A stretch of 64,000 nucleotides of DNA from Antedon mediterranea (Eukaryota; Animalia; Echinodermata). Location: NCBI RefSeq assembly GCF_964355755.1, contig NC_092675.1, positions 28,678,912-28,742,911 on the forward strand. The letters run 5' to 3'. Positions 12,101 through 22,388 of this stretch are shown in pieces (within the stretch, counting starts at the first letter, position 1; every line of letters starts with the position of its first letter). The position numbers and the translations under genes were made by a program. The notes beneath the pieces are model-generated. The model did no database searches, was not told the origin of the DNA, and worked only from the letters and a program-made list of their open reading frames with translations.

Positions 12101-15100
12101 AAAGCGTTAATAACTTTGGTCACTTATTTTCACCTATTCTGCACTGTATGTAGTACGTATACAGGATATAGTGTATACTGTATATACTTAGACGGGACAC
12201 AAAATAGAGAGCACACTGAAATTGTTTCAATGGCATAATCGTTTTTCTTTGCGCAATATTCTAACGTATGATGTGCCGTGGCCTTTGCGCTGCGGATAAC
12301 CTAACTCGTCCGAAGTGACGAGTTCAAATCTAGTTTGGATTTCATTTTGTTTTTTTTTGTTTTTTCGTTCTACTGAAACTTGAAAGTTTATCAATTTGAT
12401 CTCTAGTGTGTACAGTTAAGGACTGGTGCCGTTCCACTGTACCACGCTGAGAAAGAGTTATTAATCAATCGCATTTGAACAATGCCATGGAAGCCCCAGT
12501 GGTCTAATGGTTAGGACATCTGCATATCAAGCAGAAGGTTCCGGGTTCGAATCTCGGTTGGGGCAGCTTTTCTCATTCTCACACATTTCCTTATATTTAT
12601 CATTGCTAAATGATCAACTAATATTCAGTATATCAACAGACGGTTTAAAATCTGTTCTATAATAATATATATTTACAAATCGATGAATAAAGTTTGTCAG
12701 TCAGTGAGTGTTTCAATTTTCTGACAATGTAATGTGTATAAAAAGTCACTAAAATACCGTGTCATCTCCATTGGCTTGTGGCCAATCTAACCAATTTTGA
12801 TGTCGAACTGCTACAGATGTTAATGTGTGAACATCTATTTTAACTTCTCTTATAGTCTTGTTAGCTGGATAAGAAACTTGCCGTTCTTCTCCTGTGTCTT
12901 TGTCTACAATCACTAATTCAAATCTCTGTAGAACTTCAATTTGTTCCCTGAAAGCAAAATTGTATCTCTCAGTAAGCATGAAAAAGTGTATAAATAATAA
13001 AGTTATACATTGTTTACCCGGAGAATAAACATTAATAGAGTAGGTCTGCGGTACACCACACATTTCTATAACTTACACAGTACACGGTAGATTTCGTAGT
13101 ATAAAATCATGGGCCTATAAAAATGTATAGGTCTATGATAAAATTATAAATCTCTTATCTAATTTGTAAACTTGTTACCTGTCTCTACAGCAAAACATTA
13201 CATAAAAATAAACAACATTATGGACAGTGTATCACAGAGAATAGTAATAAATATACTTTCTTCAAAACAATTTTAAAATATTTTTAAATTCTGAAAAGAA
13301 ATACAAATTTTAATTTTATTATTGAAGAATTATAAAGTAAATTCATATTTACTGTACGTGATTTGATTCCTCTTTAGCCAATAAAAAGTACATGGCAACA
13401 ACTTATTTTAAATTTATGACATATGGAAAAGCTATCAGATTACTATCCAATAAGCATAAAGAAAGGTGACATAATATTCTATTTATCCAATAAAGAGATT
13501 CAAAATTCTATGACATAATCATAAGTTATAAAACAACCAATCAAACTGCTTACAATTGTATGACATAATGGGACAATTATAAATCAACAAATCACTGAGC
13601 AATCGATATATGCAAATTTCTATACAGTATTCGTTTGTTGCAAATTTATTTATCATAAAAACTACAGGTCCATAAAACAACAAAACAATATCAAAATATC
13701 TCAATTTATCTCTATAATCAAAAGCCTCAAATAGAGATAACAAACACACCACAAACCCAGTTAAAGTTATAGCCAATCAGCAATCAAATGAACCCAACAA
13801 CTAAAGGTGTATAGCCAATCAAATGCATGCATGATTACATCATTATTATTTAAATAGAATCAAACAATCCAACTTGGCAGTTACAGTTAAATTAATAACA
13901 ATACATTCTTAATTGATCCAAGCACTCAAAATGTAATCTTTTTTTGTAAATACCAAACCTGGTTTAGATTTAAATCTTTTGTTAATGTGTTTTTGATAAT
14001 CTCATAAAGGAATATAATAGTTACTGCAGAAAAATGCAACCAGCATTATTTGTGTCAGATATATATCTGTACCTATGATGTCATACACTATTTATAGACA
14101 ACACTCAACTAACACACCCACATAAACCTGCCATTGATTAAGCTTTCAGTAAAATAATATAAAGCATTACAGAAAATAATTGTTGTAGTTACAAAGTTAA
14201 TGAAAAAGCCTACACTAGATTTGTGATGTACAGTAACACAATAGAGTGGGTATAATGCACCTATCAGTATCACATAGAATGCCTAGGTTTTATTTAATAA
14301 AGTGCATTATGAACTAGAGAATAAAAGCTATCTAGCCATTATTTGGTGACCTTGGAATATTAAGTTAGTTTTACTATTTTTAGTTGGGTAACAAAACATT
14401 ATTATGTTCACCCTCACAAAACATTGGATTTTTAGAATCTTAGGATTCCTATTTTAAAGCAATACTTTGCTATGGAATAAAATACTTAAATATTTGGTAT
14501 AGATAATTAAAAAGTTAAATTTCTGAATACATTACAGTAATAAACTTACTCGTCATTTTGGTTTTCTTCTATAGAGTCAGTTTCTGGTATATCTGGTGTT
14601 AGCAAGTATAATTTGTTATACAGTGGTAAGTGAAGACTTGATAAAAGATCCTATTAAAAATAAAAATATGTATTATAAATGACATTGACAGGTCATAGGT
14701 CAATTGATTATACCTTGTTTAGTGCTATAGGATAATGATGTTTTGTTATCATTCCTTTTGTCATTTATATTTGTCTATTATTATTAACCAGAAGATGAAT
14801 AGATAAAGTTATATGAGTGTGTCACCAAATACTAGGTCAAGGAATACAAAAGGACAATAGAACCTTTGTTTTACGTTCCCTGAATTTACGTACGCTTAAT
14901 AAAATGACCGCTCATTTTTATTAATTTATTACATAAATAGTGTATTATTATACAGCCATGACTATTTATACATTCCCTTTACAGAGCAGCGACTGTTTTT
15001 ATTGATTAAAAATACAAGAACATTTATTTTTTATTTATAACATTTTATTTAAACATCACACAGCCGGCATACAATTTCCTAGTTAGGCTTCACAACTAGG

Positions 15101-18100
15101 CTTCACATCTAGCTAGGCCTAGCCTGGCCTATATTAGTCTAGTCCTAGCTAGTAAACACTGCATGCTTAAAAAGAGTTGGCGACCATGGCAGCCTTTTTA
15201 GCTACAATTTAAGTATTTGGGGTCAAATTATGGTCAACCTGGATTTTATAAATCCCATATTTTACGTACGTATTTCGGTACGTATAATGAAGGTTTTACT
15301 GTAGATTTGAGCGGCATTTACAAAACTGAGTAAAATTTTGATTAGAATTGTTTGTGTTGAAGAGAATAATATAAGTGTTTTATTCTTCAAGTACATACAG
15401 TCAACATTTCCATTTCCTGAACATAAATCATAAAAAATTCAAAATCTAACTTCATCAGTTCCTTTTCCCATAAACCACATGATATTGATAATTGTTTACT
15501 GAGAAGTTTCCCTCAAATTACTGCAACAAACTCCCATAGGAAAAACCATTTTTAAGAAGTACAGTTAAAAAAAAGATGTTTTTGGTTTGGTAGAATTTCC
15601 ATAATTAAATTACAAAATGAGGAAGTCAGTATATTTCCAACTTTGTAGCAGAATTAAGTGAAGAAATGTTACAGTGTAATATAAACATTAAAACAGTATT
15701 AGACAATATACTCACGTTATCTTTTGCTATAATTCTACCCGCTCCCCAGCCTCGTACATCCATCAGTAATATTGGTATATTTAGTTCTTCATTCAACAGT
15801 TTTTTAATTGTTGCTGTAATGACAAAAACAAACATTTAGTTATTTTCAACAAGATTGTGGTTGTTGACAAATCAAATACTGTTATGAATGTTATTGTTAT
15901 TAATATCAACTTCTTAATATTATTTTTTTTTGCTAGTATCATATTTATTTATTTGTTCTCATATTTTTTATTTTCTTTTTCAATTGTATGTGGAAGGGGA
16001 AAAAGCAGTTAGCTTTCCCAATTTATATTGTAACAATTATATATTATTATGTATCTTCTTTAGCAAAATTAAATGTGAATAAATGAATGAATGAAAATAG
16101 TAAAACACTGAATTCTCTTTATGTATGTGTTTTTTTCTCTTTATGTGAAGTTACACTTGTTTTATTTTATCTGAATGAAAGTGATATAATATTAAGTTCA
16201 TTATTAGTATTCAACAGTTATTTAACTGCTGCTGAAATAACAGAAAGTTATTTTGAACAACTTCAGGAGTGGTTGACAGAATCTTGACAGATCAAATAGA
16301 TTAAATGTATTTAATATGTGTACTGTCTCTTTGGAGTTACCCTTGTTTTATTTTAGCTGATTGTGGTATTTGTTTAGTTATTTAACTGTTGCTATAATAA
16401 TAAAAATGTTTTTAACAACTGTGGTTATCTTTTAAACAAATATAGTTTATATTATAAAATATTTCAATCACTTTTATTTTATTAGAGTTCTTAATTTTAA
16501 AAATGTTAATTTTTAAAAGCAAACTACAGGTTGTCAAAAGCATTATACCTTGAACACAAAGTACAATGGAATACAGTTATTAATAAGCAGAATTGAGTTG
16601 ACCTTCACTACTAACAAACTGTAGATAACATACAAGAAGCATAATGCATTGTAATGCAATATCCTTCCTGTCTGTGTGTGATATATAAAAGCCTTGTTTT
16701 GTTTTTACTAACAACAGCAGTAACAAATTCTGAATTTTCTGAATGAATAACTATAAATCAACGTTCTGCAAACCATAGTGGGGCTGAGGTGAGGACTATT
16801 TTGGTGGTTTGGCCACGGCTAGGTACTGGATTAAACCCGGATTTTAGGCCGCATAATATAAAAGTTATGCATTTATATAACTAACTCTGGGATAAAATCC
16901 ACCTTCAAATCTGAAGTAATGTAAATTATGCCATAATTTATTATCTAAGGTTTTAAATAAGTACTGGTATTTGGTATTTTAATATTATTATTTAATTTAT
17001 TGGGTTTTTATTTATTGTTTCGCTGTAAGAAAACAATAACAAATATAAAAATGAAAAAGAAATATACGTTTTGAACTCAAGCAATCACAATCCTAAAAGT
17101 TCACAACAAAAACAGTGCCATCCGAGTATAATAAAATAATATCATATATTTACATACAGTACTGTACAGACACAAGAAATTAACCCCGTTTTCATTAGAA
17201 TTCCATTTTAAAATTTGAAGCAATCAAAGAAAAATTATTATTTGATTTATTTATGCTAAGAAATATTTTGAAAACTAATAAAAAGCCTTGTACACTTACA
17301 ATACTACAGTACTGGTCAGAGTACTTTCAACATTCCCACTCGTTTTTTCCTGCTGTTTTTCTGGAGTGTTTGTGGACCCATCGCTGAATTGTTGATTGAC
17401 ATTTACTATTTCTAAAATAAATTACTAGTTTTTCACGCTAATAACGTGATACACGAACGACAAGACTTCAGGATAAACTGCTAGCCGAAAAGCCGTTTAT
17501 GCATGGATTGTGACCTTAATGTATTACTCGAGGATATCGACGCTCGGTCAATACGAGAGTAATGTTGAAAGTCCTCTGACCAGTACTGTATATAATATTT
17601 GATAAGATTTACTTTCAAAGAGTTGTGTAGTAGCAATAGTTTTAAACACCATAAGATGTGTGAATAACTTACAAACTGCCATGGAGTCTTCAACTCTTAA
17701 ATGAATTCTTCTGTCTCTGTACTCCACATCAAATTGAAGTCGTCTGATCCTAGTAGAGGGCGGTGAATCAAAAGCTGCTGATGTACATGCGCCGTTGTTG
17801 GGTGGCGAGAAACTTGTTGTAGGAACCCTAAAATAATATTTACATTTAGTCTTTTTAAAACCTATTTATTCATTTAAACTTTTCAAAACACTGAACTGAA
17901 TTTCCATAAAATTAACTTTCCAAAAGCTGTACAAACCCTGACAAATTTATTTTACAAAACTTACTTGACTACTGATGGAGTCAGGTCTATCATTTCAGTG
18001 TCCGGGACATCTTGACCATGACCGTCGGGCACCAGTACACTATTAACGGCTTGTTGTAGGTTCCAGTCCGACTGTTCTAAGTGTGCTAAAGATTCTTCAA

Positions 18101-19306
18101 AATCGCTTATTCCAGTACAAGCCTAGATATTATATAACAACACAAATACTGAAATGTGCAAGCAATCATGTAATTAATACCAGGGTTGGCATTTATCAAT
18201 ATTTGCTTATATTTTTGCTTAAGCTGAAATATTTAAGAAGTGCTTAAGCAATAACTTAAGCAATATTTATCAAACCATCTTAGCAGAAAAATTGTCTTAG
18301 GTAAATTTTACTATGCTCAGCAACCCTTGGCAGCCGATACAGTTTTCTAAAATTAACTGCTGGTTAGTAAAATTGGTCGTACATGTCCCGAAATATAGTT
18401 TGGTTTTGAGTTTCCAAAGATTTTGGTACTGTATTGGGACAGTATTACTATTTTTATATTGTATTATTATTAAAAATTATAAATAGTAATACAGTCAACT
18501 CTCCCAATACCGGACACCTTTGGGCCGGCCAAATAAGTCTGGTTTTCCGGAAAGTCTGGTATTCGGAATGTGTTTTTAATGGTAAATATAAATTTGGGAC
18601 CTTTTGGTCCTCAAAAAAAGTCTGGTATTGGGAGAGTTTCTGGTTTTCAGAGAGTCCGGTATTGGGAGAGTTGACTGTATAATAATAATTTGTTATTCTG
18701 CAAAATGAGTATGGTACGCTGATGAAATGAATGACATTTTCTAGGTTGATATTATCACTATTCTTTCAAAACCTTGTATCTCTATTTTTCTGACATTGTT
18801 GGTTGGGTTATTATTGTACCCTACCCCTAGGCCTATAGGGCCTAGCTAGGTGTTATTTTTTTATTTTTAGTAGGGTATTTACTATTATTAGTACCGTTAG
18901 TAGTTTAGCCTAGGCCTAACTAGTTAGGCCAAGCTAGTTACCTTAGTACTGAACACAATTGTATTTGACACATCCTAAATATAGTGAATTTATATACAGT
19001 TTATACCACCACAAGACCACCAACTAGGCCTAGGCCTAGTCTAGTCTAGCCCCCACGGATAAATCGGTAAGGGCAGTTCAGGACGTTATGTCTGTTTTTG
19101 TTTGTCATCATGATACCAGTCAATTTACCTGGCAATATATTTACATATACACCAACAAAACTTTATAATAAAACGTTAAACGATTATTCATATGTTACTT
19201 TATTGATCTATCTGCTTTATATTTATGTATAAATGGATAATTCCCAATTTACACTGCTTCTTTTTACCTGAAAATCAGCTAGAATTTCATCCCTGTTCGT
19301 CGCCAT
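6120..19306 (-). CDS. FAF1: FAS-associated factor 1 (UBA, two UBL, UAS, coiled coil, UBX; p97/VCP adaptor), 15 coding exons, 655 aa
   Basis: Exons, all GT-AG: 19306-19268 (MATNRDEILADFQ), 18122-17965, 17827-17673, 15813-15716, 14650-14550, 12947-12758, 10992-10909, 10225-10090, 9596-9451 (FTQEFEERYGQTHPFFFLGSL), 8951-8797 (LAIYLHHD...LCSESIVSYL...FVTWAWDLT), 8197-8061, 7599-7511, 7242-7072, 6835-6620 (UBX: LRMRLPNGETLIRRF...LLTTWPKRD), 6212-6120 (...LYPQETLFVEERHDAE*). Exon sum is 1968 nt and stays in frame. Confidence 0.95.
6457..6593. mobile_element. Family A PIF/Harbinger-like MITE, truncated at one end, in the last FAF1 intron
   Basis: gctctgtctacactatcaaactttatgtgacaaaa...gcccatatatggaca...actagtttgatag matches the consensus of about 18 copies in the window. 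Confidence 0.85.
8440..8545 (-). mobile_element. Fragment of a Deu/Nin-domain SINE
   Basis: Reverse complement reads cttggatacgaactataaaccgtaggtccagtgtacacagttgaagagcccagtt...gagtaaggggttaccccggtg. Related pieces occur at 10800-10885 and 20440-20535. Confidence 0.55.
10300..10411. mobile_element. Family A MITE, internally deleted
   Basis: TIRs agctctgtctacactatcaaa...tttgatagtgcagacagagct followed by TAA. Confidence 0.85.
10581..10716. mobile_element. Family A MITE
   Basis: Same TIRs and core as the other copies, flanked by TTA. Confidence 0.85.
11123..12334 (+). mobile_element. Helentron-associated non-autonomous element (HINE/DINE-1-like), about 1.2 kb
   Basis: 5' subterminal repeat GGTTATCCGCA (11130-11140) with a nearby inverted copy GCGGATAACC (11145-11154), then a T/TTC tract. 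The 3' copy TGCGGATAACC (12291-12301) is followed by the stem-loop AACTCGTC-cgaagt-GACGAGTT (12303-12324) and CTAGTT. It sits in a T-tract with no TSD and is CpG-rich relative to the intron. Confidence 0.75.
12493..12565 (+). tRNA. 73-nt tRNA or tRNA-like gene with anticodon ATC (nominally Asp); possibly a pseudogene or SINE head; antisense within a FAF1 intron
   Basis: Acceptor GCCCCAG/TTGGGGC, T8, D stem GTCT/GGAC with loop AATGGTTA, anticodon stem TCTGC/GCAGA with loop ATATCAA (ATC at 12526-12528), variable loop AGGTT, T arm CCGGG-TTCGAAT-CTCGG, discriminator A, then TTTT at 12568-12571. Confidence 0.7.
17307..17588. mobile_element. 282-bp TA-flanked MITE (Tc1/mariner-like)
   Basis: TIRs CAGTACTGGTCAGAG(T/G)ACTTTCAACATT of about 28 bp, with TA on both sides. 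Confidence 0.85.
18492..18677. mobile_element. 186-bp TA-flanked MITE (CAGTCAACTCTCCCAATACCGGAC TIR)
   Basis: Perfect TIRs of about 24 bp and a TA TSD. Related copies lie at 58826-59082 and about 28876-28935. Confidence 0.9.
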
Positions 19307-19500
19307 TTTGTGATATGCGCATGCGTATACAGAATTATGACAGCAGTTATTAAATCCATTGTGTTTTTTGTGTGGGTACAAAATGTGATGACGTAACCTT
19401 CTAAAAAATTATATTCGTCATAATCTGGCCCTCTGTTGTTTATTTCATTTTGGCCTGTTCAGACTTGAAGATAATGAACTGCTATTTTCGGAAGTACAGT
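19301..19500. promoter_or_regulatory. Putative bidirectional promoter between FAF1 and the INK4-like gene
   Basis: YY1 motif CGCCATTTTG over the FAF1 ATG (19301-19310), NRF1-type TGCGCATGCGT (19316-19326), CRE-like TGACGTAA (19389-19396), ETS-like CGGAAGT (about 19489-19495). Confidence 0.55.
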
Positions 19501-19732
19501 TTAGAACTTAACAATAGCAAGAAATCAAACATATATAAATGGAACTAACGTCGTTCTGGTATCTGATTCAGTGTAGTTTTGAGCTGTCAACACAAAACAT
19601 TATTTTTGTCTGCTGTCAATAGTACATTTGAATTTAGTGGATTGAATTTATTCAGAGCAGCCTGATTTCTAGTCTGTACCCTATTACTATTATAAGCCTA
19701 GCCTATACTATTTTATATCTCAATTTACGCAG

Positions 19733-19776
19733 ATTATGGAATTAGAATGAGATCGCTTCAAATCGGCTACCGTGAG
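19733..19776 (+). other. Candidate 5' UTR exon of the INK4-like gene
   Basis: Acceptor tttacgcag (to 19732) and a strong donor GAG|GTAAGT (19777) on the + strand, upstream of the INK4 ATG. Confidence 0.4.
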
Positions 19777-20384
19777 GTAAGTCTTATAATATTGTTAAAT
19801 CTAGACAATTGTTGTTAATATACAATCATAAATAAATCAATAAATAACATGGGCTATGGGCCAAAGCCCGCTGTCATAATACTTGTAGGCCTACTGGTGG
19901 TATGATACTTCCGCGTGATTTTAATTACGGGAAAATACCACCACATGAAACAAGTCTGCGCTTGCGTGATCCTTCCTTCATTCGCGAACGCACGTACGTA
20001 CCTCCTCCTTTACGTTGCTCGTGTCTTCTGAATAACGTGAATTCGTTCAGCAATTGATAAAATCTTACGGCGTCTGACGATAATTATGGCAGTTGATGAC
20101 AGATCCAGGCTGTGTAGGGAGGGGGTGGTGGGTACGAGGGTCAAGAATACGAGAGGAGGACACGCCAAGTCTTTTTTTCCCCAATGTTTACTTCAAAACA
20201 ATTGCGGCACATTTAGAAAGACCGCGCACACAGGAAAAACATAGGCCTAATCTAATAATAATGGAAATTTGTAAGGCGCAAGCATCCGTCTAAAAAAAAG
20301 ACGCCCACTGCGCTAACTTTTTAATCATATTTGTTTAGTCTAATGCTTACGTAAAACGGTAAACGGAAAAATTGACCAGATATG

Positions 20385-20755
20385 ATGCCTCCACTGAGCA
20401 TAGCTCACAGCGCCCGACCGGAACTGATGTTTTACTCCAATTGCCTCGTCCTTCGGATGGAATGTGAAGCCATCGGTCACGTGTACACATAGTGCACGTT
20501 AAAGAACTTGGTTGGCCTACACTATTCGAAATAAAAACAAGGCCATATACATGGCTGAAGTCGCGTGCTCAAGTTAGTGTTTACCGACCAACCGACCGAC
20601 CGAAATCGGGCTGTAGAGTCGCGTTGCACGCGACTAAAAAATGCAAGGGATCGTCTCCAGTGTGGTAGGCGCTGCACTGCTGGCTGTCATGGGTCCGTGG
20701 AGGGCCAGTTAAGTTTCCAGTTAAGCTTGAGGAGTCAGACCAAAAATAAATACAT
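20385..20755 (+). mobile_element. Degenerate Deu/Nin-domain SINE, interrupted by a mini-HINE
   Basis: ctcgtccttcggatgg...gcacgttaaagaac...cactattcgaaa, resuming after the insertion with aggggatcgtctccagtg. This resembles the conserved DeuSINE/AmnSINE1 central domain as I recall it. Confidence 0.5.
20536..20641 (-). mobile_element. Miniature Helentron-associated element (HINE), about 105 bp
   Basis: Subterminal repeats AGTCGCGTGC (20559-20568) and the palindrome AGTCGCGT-tgc-ACGCGACT (20617-20635), a (CCGA)n microsatellite, terminal hairpin GCCAT-atac-ATGGC, and insertion in an A/T tract. Confidence 0.7.
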
Positions 20756-20844
20756 TTTATTTCTTTATTTTTTATTGGAGGCTTTTGATGCTCCTTGTTG
20801 TTAAGGAAACGCTACTTTACTGAGTTCGGATGATTGGCAGCACC

Positions 20845-22388
20845 ATGGAAAATCCACAGGAAAACCCCAATCCATTAACAATTGCTGTGGTTTCTGGAGA
20901 TTTAAATGAAGTAAGATCTCTATTGCAAGCGGGATTTCCAGTGAATTCAAAGAATAAGTACCGACACACGGCTTTACAGGTAGTTTGTATTGTAGAATTA
21001 CGCCGTCATAACAATTTCAAGAAACTTGCGTTTAATGTATTTTATGGTTATTGGAGAAATTCTTCAAGTCAAACCAATGCTTAGCCCCTCTCTCTCAGCG
21101 CTTCAGATTATTAATTTTATCTGTAAATTTTGGATCAAATAGGCTACATACCATAAACGTTGTACGAGTCCCAGTTATTTCTGCGACCAGAAGAAGTCCG
21201 GCGGCCAACATGCGCGCGCCCTTTCTGTGTGTTTTTAAATGAGGATAAAGGTCTGTACTAATTCAATCAATCTAACATTTATTTTTTAACATTCACCTAG
21301 GCCGTGTCGATTTCTAATTTTAAAATGGTGCAACTTCTACTTGAACACGGAGCAAATCCGAACCTTCGTGAACCAGTTACGGGATGCATTCCGCTTCACG
21401 ATGCCGCGAGATCAGGTGCTACGACTACATTGGAATTGCTGCTGGAATACGGAGCAGATGCGAACAAACAAGACGAAGCCGGAAGAGATACTCCTGCACA
21501 CATAGCAGCAAGGAAAGGACATTTAGAGGTGAGCTAAATTAGCCGATTATTATCATCACTTGATCTATATATGAAAATCAAGATTGACAAAAACGATAGG
21601 GTAAATAAATCGAACCGGTAACAGTACAAATCATGTTGTTTATGCACCACCTGCAAACAATATTATTTGAGCAGACTGGTGGTGAACCATCAGTGTGCAC
21701 ACTTTGAATGTTGGTGTGGGTGGGTGGGTTAATCGCGATTGGGCCCCACAGATCTTTCCCATCAGGGAATTTGTTCTCATTTGGAGAGAGACATTTTTGC
21801 GGCTACAAAGTAGCTGTCGGTCGATATGCATAGTCGTTCTTCCGGCCTATCAAGATCTGCTCTCTCCCGATTTTTTGGTAAAGACGTAGCAAATCTAAGC
21901 AATCCGCGTGAAAGCTTGAAAGTTGACCATAGCAACTGTGGCGAATTCACTGATTAAAGTCGCAACGCAAGGGTGTTGACCAATGACAAGCGAGAGTTCA
22001 AATAATCCATCGCTAGTGATTGGTCTCTCACTTACGTTGCGTTACGTCTTGCGTTGCGTCTCTAGTGGGAACCAAGCATTATAAGCTGACGCTTTAGATT
22101 GCGCGAACAAGTGGAAAATCGGCTTTAGGTTTGCAGCTGTCTTTACCATGGTTGTCAAGTGCGCTTCAACAGTGTCTGACTGCCAATTTGGCTATAAAAT
22201 TATTCATCTATTTTCAGGCATTCAAGATGTTATGTCACCGAACTGATATGACCATCAGAAACCATAATGGTCAAACACCATTGTCAATTGCTGACCAACA
22301 CAACGAGTTAAGAAACTGGATAAAAGAAAACACTGATCTCGGACATGTGTCATTGAAATTAAACAAAATAGACCTAAATATGACGTAA
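20845..22388 (+). CDS. CDKN2C: INK4-family cyclin-dependent kinase 4/6 inhibitor (CDKN2C/p18-like ankyrin-repeat protein), 3 coding exons, 177 aa
   Basis: Exons 20845-20979 (gcaccATGg; MENPQENPNPLTIAVVSGDLNEVRSLLQAG...HTALQ), 21301-21528 (AVSISNFKMVQLLLEHGANPN...PLHDAARSG...LELLLEYGADAN...TPAHIAARKGHLE) and 22218-22388 (...RNHNGQTPLSIA...). Motifs and the phase-0 intron after TALQ match vertebrate INK4 genes. An alternative in-frame ATG lies at 20830. The symbol denotes family and synteny; the gene is probably pro-orthologous to all four vertebrate INK4 genes. Confidence 0.8.
21957..22078. mobile_element. Family B PIF/Harbinger-like MITE, partial, in INK4 intron 2
   Basis: Ends ...cgttgcgtctctagtgggaaccaagc, and has the same core (gaccaatgacaagcga) as 23367-23536. 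Confidence 0.75.

Noticed and set aside
13519-13776. 85-aa hydrophobic ORF as a nested gene in FAF1
   Set aside because: It has a non-ATG start, no recognisable domain and no splice support; the composition is typical of T-rich intron sequence.
21302-21505. ARF-like alternative reading frame in INK4 exon 2
   Set aside because: The +1 frame is open for about 67 codons, but the frame vertebrate ARF uses (+2) closes after 4 codons, and I found no upstream exon with an open ATG in the required phase. Chance is a sufficient explanation.
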